Part shown: positions 25,922 through 34,606 of the stretch, piece by piece
Numbering within the stretch: the first letter of the stretch is position 1
Layout: the number at the start of each line of letters is the position of its first letter
Source of the DNA: a virus
IMG/VR virus record: IMGVR_UViG_3300027749_000047
Location: 32,001-96,000 of that record
Length of the DNA: 64,000 bases
Direction: 5' to 3' (one strand)
The notes under the pieces: generated by a model
The model's input: the letters and a program-made list of their open reading frames with translations, nothing else
What the model was told of the DNA's origin: nothing
Database searches by the model: none
Program-made: the position numbers and the translations under genes

Positions 25922-26635
25922 ATGGATTCGTTAGAGATTGTTAAGTCGCTTCATAAGGTTGACCCAGGCTTTGTTGACTTGTGTAAAACACTATTTGGCG
26001 ATGCTATTTACCCTGAGGTTATTTGGGAATATTTGTATACCCCTGAGGGTATTTCTAAGATGGGTCCTGATCCGTCAGAGTTGAATACTTCTTCTAGCAA
26101 TAAGCGTGGTCGTTTGGTTCCACAAGAGCGTAATCCTCAGGTTCCTCGAGTTAAGGTACTGGCTAAGCATTCTCATAAAGGCGAACAAGTCGATAATACT
26201 GATGCTATGAGTAAGTCTGATGATGATTTTGACATTACTTGGTCTGGTGAGTTTGCTAAAGCTGATGAGGATAAGCGTCAGGTTTTTGGCTGGGCTTCTA
26301 TTGTTGAGGTTGATGGCACTCCGGTTGTTGATCGTCAGGGTGATTGGATTACTCCTGAAGAGATTGAAAAGGCTGCTTATCAGTATGTTTTGAATTCTCG
26401 TAAAGCTGGGCATCAGCATAAGCGTGATGGTGATCAGCCTTTTCATGCAGGTGACATGATTGAGTCTTTTGTTATGACTCCTGAAAAGGTTGAAAAGATG
26501 GGTCTTCCTGACGATACGCCTATTGGCTGGTGGGTTGGTTACAAGATTCATGATGAGGATGCTTGGCAGAAGGTTAAGAAAGGCGAAGTTACTGGCTTTT
26601 CTATTCATGGTCGCGGTAAGCGCAAAGAAGTCTAG
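25922..26635 (+). CDS. Prohead maturation protease, XkdF-like
   Basis: KRQVFGWAS..DRQGDWI..IEKAAYQY..HQH..IESF..GWWVGYK..WQKVKKGEVTGFSIHG. Confidence 0.85.
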   Translation: MDSLEIVKSLHKVDPGFVDLCKTLFGDAIYPEVIWEYLYTPEGISKMGPDPSELNTSSSNKRGRLVPQERNPQVPRVKVLAKHSHKGEQVDNTDAMSKSDDDFDITWSGEFAKADEDKRQVFGWASIVEVDGTPVVDRQGDWITPEEIEKAAYQYVLNSRKAGHQHKRDGDQPFHAGDMIESFVMTPEKVEKMGLPDDTPIGWWVGYKIHDEDAWQKVKKGEVTGFSIHGRGKRKEV

Positions 26636-26637
26636 TT

Positions 26638-26937
26638 ATGTCAATTAGCAAAGCACTTGTTGAAGGTAATATTTCTAAGGGCTCTAATGTTCGAGAGTTT
26701 CCTTATCTTCCTGAAAACATTAGGGAATGGCAAAATAGCGCTGCTCCTATTCGCCGTAATCCTGTTTCACCTTTGTCTATGATTGCGGCTAGTAATGTGA
26801 TGGCTTTGGGTAATAATTTGGGTAACCAGTCTGGTATGTCTAAGCGCCAGTTGCGTCGTCTTGCTCGCGGTTTGAATCTTTATGAAGGTGGTCGCGCTAA
26901 TGTGTATTCGCCTATTGGTCAGGGGACGATGGTTTAA
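26638..26937 (+). CDS. Small head-region protein
   Basis: Begins MSISKALVEGNISKGS, with two cleavage-like motifs. Confidence 0.6.
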   Translation: MSISKALVEGNISKGSNVREFPYLPENIREWQNSAAPIRRNPVSPLSMIAASNVMALGNNLGNQSGMSKRQLRRLARGLNLYEGGRANVYSPIGQGTMV

Positions 26938-28733
26938 TGGCTACTGATCAACCTAAGGGTCATGCTCAAGAGTTGGGTGTAGGTCTTGTAGGAGCTACTG
27001 CTGCTGAAGCTGCTGCGGTTTCTGAGTCTGCTAAAAAGTATCGCAATTTGAAGGCTAAAGGTTTTCATGTTGCGCCTGAGGAAATGGGCGCTATCGCGCG
27101 TAGAATTGGTCCTAAGAATGCAGCTATTGCGGGTCTTGGTTTACAAGGCACAAATATGGTTGTGGGTGCGAGTGCTGCGCATCATTTGTTGAAGAAACCT
27201 AAAGGAAGTGCTATGAAATCTGGTCAGACTGCTATTCATAAGGCAGAGGGTGCTGTAAGCCGTAATGGTCATGGTAAAAAAATGGACAGTAAGTTGCCTG
27301 CTGCTATGGCTACATCTGGCGGGGTTTATGGCGCTGCTATGGGTGGTTATTTTGGGCATGCTTTTGGTGATCGCGGTTTAGAAAATGCTTATGAAGCATA
27401 CGGACTTCGCGAAGCACGCGCAGAAAAACCTAAACGCGATGGCGTAAAAGGTTTAACTAAAACTAGTCGTGAGTATAAAAAAATGATGCGTGCAAATGGT
27501 TTAATGGCTCAGCCAAAGTCTTTAGCGCAACATGGTAAAGATGCTAAACATTTTGCTGGTAAAAATAAATGGGCTATTGCTGGGGCAACAGGTCTTGGTA
27601 CCGTGTCTGCTTTAGGCTCTTATGCTGAGGGTAAAAAAGCGGTTAATAAAGCTGACCGTGGTAAGGCTTTGGACGCTACTGGTGCGGTTGCCGCTGGTGT
27701 TGGCGGTGCAGGTTTGTATCAAGCTGGAAAAATGAATACTAAGGCTAAGCGTGCTACTGCGTCTGCTGAAAAATATGGCGAAAGATTTCTTGATTACAAA
27801 AATCAAGAATCAAAAAAATTAAGGGATGCAGCAAAACAATACAATAAATCGGTGGCTAATGGTGTAATTAAACCTAGCATACACCACACTGCTGCTGGCT
27901 CTGTTGGATTTGTTCATGACCCAGAAACTTTAAGACACATGGGTTGGGCACAATCTCACGCCGAGCAAGCAAGCCGTGAGTATGACAAGTCTAAAAAAAT
28001 GGAGGGTATTGCTCAGAAACTTAAGTCAGGGCGTAACAAGTACGCTCTTGGTGGCGCTGCTTTAATTGGAGCTGCTGGAGCTGAACGCGTTTACAACAAC
28101 AAAAAAGTTAATAAAGCTGTTGGCGCTAATTCTTTAGTTATGATTCAAAATCGTAAAAATAAAAAGAAGTTAGAAGCTGCGGGAACTCCAGTTGAAAAAT
28201 CCAAAGCTGCTGAAAGAAGAGAACATAAAACTAATGCTGCTATAGCAGGTGTAGGTGGATCTGCTCTTTTATATAACGCTGCTAATAAAACTTCTGCTAG
28301 CAAAACTGCATCGTCTTTGGGCTCAGATTATTATGCAAAAAAAATTGCTCGTGGGCGTAATTTAGGTGTTGCAGCTGGCAGTGGTTTTTTGGCAATTGCT
28401 GCTAATGAGGCTAATAAAGCACATAAATTAAAAACTCCAGTTAAAAAAGCTTATCGTCGTTTTGATCCTGAGGCTGACCGTCAACGTCGTCTAGGTCTTT
28501 ATTCGGGCGCCGCTGCGGGTTCTGGTATTGTGTTGGGCCGTGAAGCTGCACGTAATTATAAAGTTAGTGGTTTGGATTCTGCTAGTCGTGCAGAACATGG
28601 TTTGGGTGTCAAACTTAAGCCTGGTCTGACTAAGCGCGGGTTAGGCCTTACTGCTGCCACATTGGCTGCTGGTGCTATTAGTGCTGGTTCGTACAAGCGT
28701 GGGGTTAGTGCTCGTAATCAGCCTTGGACATAA
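26937..28733 (+). CDS. Putative internal head polyprotein (about 10 Gly/Ala hydrophobic segments)
   Basis: IHKAE, VNKAD, VNKAV, VEKSK and VKKAY delimit cationic two-helix modules. Confidence 0.65.
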   Translation: MATDQPKGHAQELGVGLVGATAAEAAAVSESAKKYRNLKAKGFHVAPEEMGAIARRIGPKNAAIAGLGLQGTNMVVGASAAHHLLKKPKGSAMKSGQTAIHKAEGAVSRNGHGKKMDSKLPAAMATSGGVYGAAMGGYFGHAFGDRGLENAYEAYGLREARAEKPKRDGVKGLTKTSREYKKMMRANGLMAQPKSLAQHGKDAKHFAGKNKWAIAGATGLGTVSALGSYAEGKKAVNKADRGKALDATGAVAAGVGGAGLYQAGKMNTKAKRATASAEKYGERFLDYKNQESKKLRDAAKQYNKSVANGVIKPSIHHTAAGSVGFVHDPETLRHMGWAQSHAEQASREYDKSKKMEGIAQKLKSGRNKYALGGAALIGAAGAERVYNNKKVNKAVGANSLVMIQNRKNKKKLEAAGTPVEKSKAAERREHKTNAAIAGVGGSALLYNAANKTSASKTASSLGSDYYAKKIARGRNLGVAAGSGFLAIAANEANKAHKLKTPVKKAYRRFDPEADRQRRLGLYSGAAAGSGIVLGREAARNYKVSGLDSASRAEHGLGVKLKPGLTKRGLGLTAATLAAGAISAGSYKRGVSARNQPWT

Positions 28734-28786
28734 AAATGCTTAAGTCTAATGCGAGCAGTCAAAAACTGTAAGAAGATTGGAATACT

Positions 28787-29788
28787 ATGAATCAAAATGT
28801 GAAGCGTCTTTTTGACATTGAGATAGATGAAGTCTCTGTCGTTGACCGCCCTGCTAATCAGCATGGTCTTATTGCGTTTGCTAAAAACGATGACAGCGTT
28901 GATGAAACTCCTGCTTTGTTTGATGAAACTGGCGAAGAAGTACCTGCCGAAATTCTTGAGCATGGTGATGTTGTTTTTGATGCTGAAGGCAACGAGTATG
29001 TTTACGTCGAGGATGAAGTTGACTCTGATGACGATGTTGAAAAAGGTATGTTCACCGGATTTGCAGAAAAATTTGCTGCATCTAAGGCTGGACAAAAGGT
29101 ACTTCCACACCTTGTAAACGGTGCGGAAAAAGCTGGCACTAGTTACCGTGGTGCTATGACTTCTGAAGCTGGTCAGTCTCTTGCTCGTGGCACGAAAAGG
29201 ACGACTGGTTGGATGAAAGAAAATCCGGGCAAAAGTCTTGCCTTAGCTGCTACCGGCGGTGGCGCTGCTGGATACGCCTTATCAAAGGCAGAAATGAGTG
29301 ATCATATGAGTCTAGGTGACTCGGTTCTTGAAGAACTAAGTAAGGCGGTCACCGAGCGTGATCGCGAAGAAATCATTGCTAAAGCAATGGATGAAGTTGA
29401 AATCGCAAAGGCTCAAGCTGCTGAAGCATACGAATATGCTGCTGCAATCGAAGATGCCCGTATCGAAGATGCTTTCATCTCTAAAGCAGCGGAATACAAT
29501 CTTCCTGTTGCACCAGAAGTATTCGGCCCTATTTTGAAGTCAATTGCTGAGGCTTTGACTGATGAAGAGCTAGAACTTGTTGATGAACTTTTCTCCGCTA
29601 TCGGTGATGCGTTGTACAACGAAATCGGCTATGTTGGAGATACAGACAATGTTTCTGTTCTTGACACAGTTAATGGTCTTGCTAGTGAATTTGTTGGTAA
29701 GGCTGATGTGTCTTACGAGCAGGCGTTTACTGCAATGTTTGAATCAAACCCAAGCGCATATGACGCTTACTTAGCAGAAGGACGATAA
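28787..29788 (+). CDS. Capsid scaffolding protein
   Basis: IDEVSVVDRPAN N-terminus, acidic coiled coil, many xxKA sites, upstream of the capsid genes. Confidence 0.75.
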   Translation: MNQNVKRLFDIEIDEVSVVDRPANQHGLIAFAKNDDSVDETPALFDETGEEVPAEILEHGDVVFDAEGNEYVYVEDEVDSDDDVEKGMFTGFAEKFAASKAGQKVLPHLVNGAEKAGTSYRGAMTSEAGQSLARGTKRTTGWMKENPGKSLALAATGGGAAGYALSKAEMSDHMSLGDSVLEELSKAVTERDREEIIAKAMDEVEIAKAQAAEAYEYAAAIEDARIEDAFISKAAEYNLPVAPEVFGPILKSIAEALTDEELELVDELFSAIGDALYNEIGYVGDTDNVSVLDTVNGLASEFVGKADVSYEQAFTAMFESNPSAYDAYLAEGR

Positions 29789-29791
29789 GTC

Positions 29792-30442
29792 ATGGCTTAC
29801 GAAGAGTCCCTTAAATCCATTTCCCTCGCGGCTGATGCTTCGATTGCTGGTTACACCGGTGTATCTAACGTTGGTCTTGGTGGATTCCCATCTAGCAAGT
29901 CTTTGACTGCTACTATTTCTTACGCATCGTCAGTGAACACTTTCACCACTCCGACACCTCATGGTTTTTCTTTTGGTGACACGATTGTTGTTACTGGTGC
30001 TACTGCTGCAGCAAATAATGGCACTTTCACTATTACAGGTATTGCTTCGGCAACTACTTTTACTGTTGCTAACGCTGCCCCTGGTGTTACGCAGTCTGGT
30101 GCAGGTATCACTGTAACTCGTAACATCAGCACTGCTGGCTTCCAGTACCGCTTTGTTAAGATTACTGGTTCTAAGACTGCTGGTCTTTGTACTGCTTCAT
30201 CTGATTACAGCATTGGTGTTCTTCAGAACAAGCCACAGGTTACTGGCGCTGCTGCTCAGGTTGGCTTCATCGGTGTCTCGTTTGTTGTTTCAGGCGATGC
30301 TTCAATCACTGCAGGTACAAAAGTAACTGCAGATTCACTCGGTCGTGCAACAACATACTCTAGTGGTGTGGTTGGCGGTGTAGCTCTTGCTGCTTCTTCA
30401 ACTGTTGGCGAACTTATCCCCGTGCTTCTGGCCGCACGATAG
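29792..30442 (+). CDS. Capsid cement/decoration protein (DUF2190-like) with inserted beta domain
   Basis: C-terminal IGVLQNKP..ITAGTKVTADSLGRA..GVALAAS..GELIPVLL; insert HGFSFGDTIVVTGA..NGTFTI. Confidence 0.7.
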   Translation: MAYEESLKSISLAADASIAGYTGVSNVGLGGFPSSKSLTATISYASSVNTFTTPTPHGFSFGDTIVVTGATAAANNGTFTITGIASATTFTVANAAPGVTQSGAGITVTRNISTAGFQYRFVKITGSKTAGLCTASSDYSIGVLQNKPQVTGAAAQVGFIGVSFVVSGDASITAGTKVTADSLGRATTYSSGVVGGVALAASSTVGELIPVLLAAR

Positions 30443-30459
30443 AAATAGGAGACTAACTC

Positions 30460-31467
30460 ATGCCAAGTCCATCCCAGTCCGATCTGCATGTAAATGTGCC
30501 GTTGACCAATGTGTCGATTGCCTACATGCAGTCTGCAGATGCATACATTGCTGACAAGGTATTTCCTAAAGTACCGGTCAAAAAGCAATCAGACCTTTAT
30601 TGGAAGTACAGCAAGAGCGATTGGCGTCGTACTGACGTTGCTCGCCGTGCGCCTTCTACAGAGTCTCCAGGCGTTGGTTGGAACACAACCACCGACCAGT
30701 ACTTTGCTCACGTCTACGCCGTGCACAAGGACATTGACGATCAGTTACGCGCCAATGCTGATAGCAACTTCGTACTAGACCGTGACAGCACCGAATTCAT
30801 CACAAACCAACTTTTGTTGAAGCGTGACGTTGACTGGGCTGCTAAGTACTTCACCACTGGTATTTGGGACAATGACCTTACTGTTGGTGCTTCTGCTAAC
30901 GCTAATGGTTTCACTGCTCCTGCCGCTAAGTGGTCAGATGCTGGCTCAGACCCAATTGGCGACGTTGCTCGTGCGGTTATTTCTTTCCGCAAGAACACCG
31001 GTTTTGCTCCAAACATCATGGTTCTTGGTGCCGATGTTATGACTGCCCTAAAGCAGCATCCAGATATCATTGACCGTATCAAGTACACTCAGCGCGGTAT
31101 CGTGACTGAAGACTTGATTGCTACAATGTTTGGCGTTAACGAACTGTACACATCGTACGCTTCACAGTCAACTGGTCCACAGATTCCAGATGCTAAGACT
31201 CAGGATGCTGCTGCTTCATACAGCTTCATCAATGATTCTAAGTCTGCTCTGTTGTGCTACGCGCCTTCAGCACCTAGCTTGATGACTCCATCAGCTGGTT
31301 ACACCTTCACTTGGAATGGCTACCTTGGTGGTAATTCTGAAGGTATCAAGATCAAGCGTTTCCGTATGGAACACATTGCATCAGATCGTATCGAAGCAGA
31401 AATGACTTACGATATGAAGACTGTTGCTACTGACCTTGGTGCATTCTTCACAAGCGTGGTTGCATAA
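30460..31467 (+). CDS. Major capsid protein
   Basis: LTNVSIAY..IADKVFPKVPVKKQSDLY, lambda gpE-like family; highly expressed codon style. Confidence 0.9.
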   Translation: MPSPSQSDLHVNVPLTNVSIAYMQSADAYIADKVFPKVPVKKQSDLYWKYSKSDWRRTDVARRAPSTESPGVGWNTTTDQYFAHVYAVHKDIDDQLRANADSNFVLDRDSTEFITNQLLLKRDVDWAAKYFTTGIWDNDLTVGASANANGFTAPAAKWSDAGSDPIGDVARAVISFRKNTGFAPNIMVLGADVMTALKQHPDIIDRIKYTQRGIVTEDLIATMFGVNELYTSYASQSTGPQIPDAKTQDAAASYSFINDSKSALLCYAPSAPSLMTPSAGYTFTWNGYLGGNSEGIKIKRFRMEHIASDRIEAEMTYDMKTVATDLGAFFTSVVA

Positions 31468-31469
31468 TC

Positions 31470-32099
31470 ATGTACCGTCCTGCAACTGTTCTTCGCTTAG
31501 CTAAGGCTCTTACCATTAATGGTGTGGCTCGTGCTAAGGGATATGTTCTTACTGATGCTGAAGTGCTTAGTATGAAGACGTTGCAGTCTATTATTGCGAA
31601 GCGGTGGGTGGTTCCTGTTCCTGGGCCATCCGCCGCTCGCCTTAGTACTGCTCGCCAGCAATCTGCAGATGGTACTTTTAGTAATGGTATTTTAAACTCT
31701 ACTGTTATGACTGATACTTCGTCTAATAATTCTGTAAAGTACACTCCACATCCTACATATTTGAATCCTCAAGTTCTTCGCGATTATGCTAAGGATAATA
31801 TTCCTTATGCTTTGACTGGTACTGTTACTGGTCAGGCTGCTGGCGCTGTGGTTTTGAATTGGTATGCTCCTGTTAATGCTCCTGCATTGCTAACAGATTA
31901 TGTTGTTCAGTATCGTACGTCTGCTGTTGGTTCTACTGCTGCAGGATCGTTTACTACTTTTTCTGATGGTACTTCTACTGCAGTTACTGCAACTGTTACT
32001 GGTTTGACTTCTGGTGTTAGTTACGATTTTCAGGTTGCTGCAGTTATTAATAGTGTTACTGGCACTTATTCAAATATTTTTACTACTACACCTAAGTAG
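31470..32099 (+). CDS. Fibronectin type III domain virion protein
   Basis: VVLNWYAP..DYVVQYR..ATVTGLTSGVSYDFQVAAV. Confidence 0.8.
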   Translation: MYRPATVLRLAKALTINGVARAKGYVLTDAEVLSMKTLQSIIAKRWVVPVPGPSAARLSTARQQSADGTFSNGILNSTVMTDTSSNNSVKYTPHPTYLNPQVLRDYAKDNIPYALTGTVTGQAAGAVVLNWYAPVNAPALLTDYVVQYRTSAVGSTAAGSFTTFSDGTSTAVTATVTGLTSGVSYDFQVAAVINSVTGTYSNIFTTTPK

Positions 32100-32104
32100 G
32101 AATT

Positions 32105-32404
32105 ATGACTGTGGCTAAAGCTGCTAATGGCAAAGTGCAGACGTCGATTAAGAAAGCCACTTCTACTACTTCTCGTGCTAGTTCTATATCTCAGCAGGAT
32201 GTTTCAGTGGCTAATAAAGAGGTTCAGCGGGTTGCTACTCGTAATGCAATCGTAGCTGATACTACTAAGGCTATTGTGTATAAGGCTGTCAAGACTATGG
32301 TTGTTGGCGCTAATACTTATGCTCCGGGTGATGTTGTGCCTGAGGCTAATAGTTGGTTGCGTCTTGAGTCGTGGATTGCGGCTCGTTGGATTCAGGAGTC
32401 ATAA
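32105..32404 (+). CDS. Small head-associated protein
   Basis: VAKAA, IKKAT and VYKAV motifs; operon position. Confidence 0.6.
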   Translation: MTVAKAANGKVQTSIKKATSTTSRASSISQQDVSVANKEVQRVATRNAIVADTTKAIVYKAVKTMVVGANTYAPGDVVPEANSWLRLESWIAARWIQES

Positions 32405-32449
32405 TGTGTGCTGGGTCTAAAGTTGAAGATAAAATTTCTAGAGTAAAGC

Positions 32450-33055
32450 GTGGTTATTAAAATGGAAAAATCGTTTATGGTTGCTAAGGCTTACCGTGAT
32501 TTGGAAGAGTTTGCTAAGTCTTTTGATTTGGCTCCTACGCACGTAGGTAGTATTTCTGCTGGTCAACGTTATTGCGATAATGGTTCTTGTGCTACTTGCA
32601 TTAAGCAGAAGAGTCGTGACGATAATGATAAGCAGACTGCTTTGCATATTCGTAAAGATGATGATGTTGAAAAAGGTTTGCCATCTGTGGCTCGCCAAGC
32701 TATTCGTGAAGGCAAGGGCGCTAATGCATTCAGGCAAAATGGTCCCATGCAGTTCAGAATGGGTGCTAATAATGCTGGCAAGCGTGCATCAGCAGGGCTT
32801 AGCGCTGGCGGAGAGCGTAGTCACCTTAATACGATTATTGATTCTGGAAGAAACACAAAAGACCATTACCGTCTTTTGTCTGGCGAAAAAAACGTAGCAA
32901 ATCGTGGCAAAATTGGCTTACAGCGCTCTACTATTAATCCTGGCACCACGGTTAGGGAAAGCCAAGCGTCTCTTTCTGAAAAGCGAGAAGCTCTTTTAAG
33001 ATCTCGACGTCCAGTTCAAATCCGTGGCGGCGAAGCAAACAAGCCCGCCTGGTAA
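32450..33055 (+). CDS. Putative internal head protein
   Basis: MEKSF, VAKAY, FAKSF and DDVEKGL motifs, followed by a basic domain. Confidence 0.6.
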   Translation: MVIKMEKSFMVAKAYRDLEEFAKSFDLAPTHVGSISAGQRYCDNGSCATCIKQKSRDDNDKQTALHIRKDDDVEKGLPSVARQAIREGKGANAFRQNGPMQFRMGANNAGKRASAGLSAGGERSHLNTIIDSGRNTKDHYRLLSGEKNVANRGKIGLQRSTINPGTTVRESQASLSEKREALLRSRRPVQIRGGEANKPAW

Positions 33056-33075
33056 AACTAAGTTAGGAATTTATT

Positions 33076-33732
33076 ATGAGTAATGAGCAAGATTATTTAG
33101 TACGCAAGGCTCAGCGCGGTTTTAATGATATTGCTGATGCTGTGCTTGACGATGTTTACGAAGATGACTTAGTTGTTGACGAATATGGTAACGTTTATGC
33201 TCTGGTTGAATTAGAGGGCGTAGAAAAGGATGCTAATACTGCAACTGCTATGGGTGCAATACCTATTGCAAGTACTGTTGCTGGTCCTGGTTACAATGCT
33301 TCTCAGGCGCGTAAGGGACGTAAGGCCGCTGTTGCTGGTCGTACTTATGGCTCGCAAGCAGTGTACGGAGGTCTTGCAGGTACGGCTGGCGCAGCGGGTG
33401 TTCTTGCCCATGCTTCGCGCAAGGCAGGTGGTCTTGAACATATTGGACCTAGTTTAAGTCCTAAAGCAAAGCTGGCTGTTGGTGGCGCTGCCTTAGCTGG
33501 TACTGGTTTTGGCGCCCGTCGTGCTCATATAAATGCTAAAAAGCGTGGAGACATTGTTGAAAAAAGTATGAGTTCTGAAGGTGTTCGTAGTGCTTACTAT
33601 GGCGCTAAAGATGCTATGCGTGAAGCTAAGTATAAGGCTGGCGATTCTATGCGTGAGGCTAAATACAAGGCTGGGGATTCTTTACGCGAAACTCGTCTTA
33701 AAACTGGCGATAAACTTCGTAGGTCAAAATAA
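33076..33732 (+). CDS. Putative internal head protein with 11-residue C-terminal repeats
   Basis: VRKAQ, VEKDA and VEKSM; Gly/Ala helices; MREAKYKAGDS repeats. Confidence 0.6.
   Translation: MSNEQDYLVRKAQRGFNDIADAVLDDVYEDDLVVDEYGNVYALVELEGVEKDANTATAMGAIPIASTVAGPGYNASQARKGRKAAVAGRTYGSQAVYGGLAGTAGAAGVLAHASRKAGGLEHIGPSLSPKAKLAVGGAALAGTGFGARRAHINAKKRGDIVEKSMSSEGVRSAYYGAKDAMREAKYKAGDSMREAKYKAGDSLRETRLKTGDKLRRSK
33613..33712 (+). repeat. 33-bp tandem repeat (about 3 copies)
   Basis: CTATGCGTGAAGCTAAGTATAAGGCTGGCGATT and degenerate copies. Confidence 0.75.
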
Positions 33733-33762
33733 TTTTTTAGCAATTTAGGTTAGGATTGTCCT

Positions 33763-34263
33763 ATGTCATGGACGTATAGCGGTAATCCGGGTTCTTCAGA
33801 TAAGGACAGTGTTCGCTTTTATGTGGGTGATACTGATTCTTCTTTTCCGTTGTTAACGGATGAGGAAGTACAGTTTCTTTTAGATCAGTGGGAGTTAGAT
33901 TACAATGCGCCTCTTTATGTGGCTGCTGTGGCTGCCGAGGTCATTTCTGGTCGTTTTGCTCGTGAGGTAAGTGTTTCTGCTGATGGTGTTTCTGTTCAGT
34001 TAAGCGAGTTGCAGGAGCGTTATAACAATCTTGCTTCGTCTTTGCGTGACCAGTACAAGGCGTTGTATGGTTGGTTTGACCCTGCTACTGCTAATAATAT
34101 TCTTAGCATTGATTGGGATCCTGAGATTAAGCCTCTTGTGTTTGGTATTGGCTTTAATGATAATTATTTGGCTGGTCGCCAAAATTATGGAGATTTCCAT
34201 CCTGGTCGTTCGACTGACTGGTGGAAGTCTGATGTTCAAAACGAACCGATTGTTTGGGGTTAA
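33763..34263 (+). CDS. Head-to-tail adaptor
   Basis: SVRFYVGDTD..LLTDEEVQFLL..AAEVISGRFAREV. Confidence 0.75.
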   Translation: MSWTYSGNPGSSDKDSVRFYVGDTDSSFPLLTDEEVQFLLDQWELDYNAPLYVAAVAAEVISGRFAREVSVSADGVSVQLSELQERYNNLASSLRDQYKALYGWFDPATANNILSIDWDPEIKPLVFGIGFNDNYLAGRQNYGDFHPGRSTDWWKSDVQNEPIVWG

Positions 34264-34265
34264 TT

Positions 34266-34604
34266 ATGGAAAAAGATTATTTGATTAGTAAAGCTCAGCG
34301 AGAGATTGAAAAAGGTTGGCGTGATCCTAAAGTTAGAGGTCAGGCTGTTTGGGTTGATGTACATGAAGGTAATGAAAAAAAGACGTTAGCGCCTACTAAA
34401 ACTGAAATTCACCCAAAAGGTAAAAGTCTTATTTTGCGACGTAATAAATATTTTTTGACTTCTTTGCCTGAATTAAAGAAAAAACAAAATTTAATTGGCC
34501 TTCATGATGCTAAAAACTTTAAACTTGATAGTACTGGCGCTAAATTTGTTGAAAATGAATATAAGTCTGGTAAAAGGTATACAAAAACTCGAATTGGCGG
34601 CTAG
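34266..34604 (+). CDS. Putative internal head protein
   Basis: Begins MEKDYLISKAQREIEKGW, followed by a Lys-rich domain. Confidence 0.55.
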   Translation: MEKDYLISKAQREIEKGWRDPKVRGQAVWVDVHEGNEKKTLAPTKTEIHPKGKSLILRRNKYFLTSLPELKKKQNLIGLHDAKNFKLDSTGAKFVENEYKSGKRYTKTRIGG

Positions 34605-34606
34605 TT

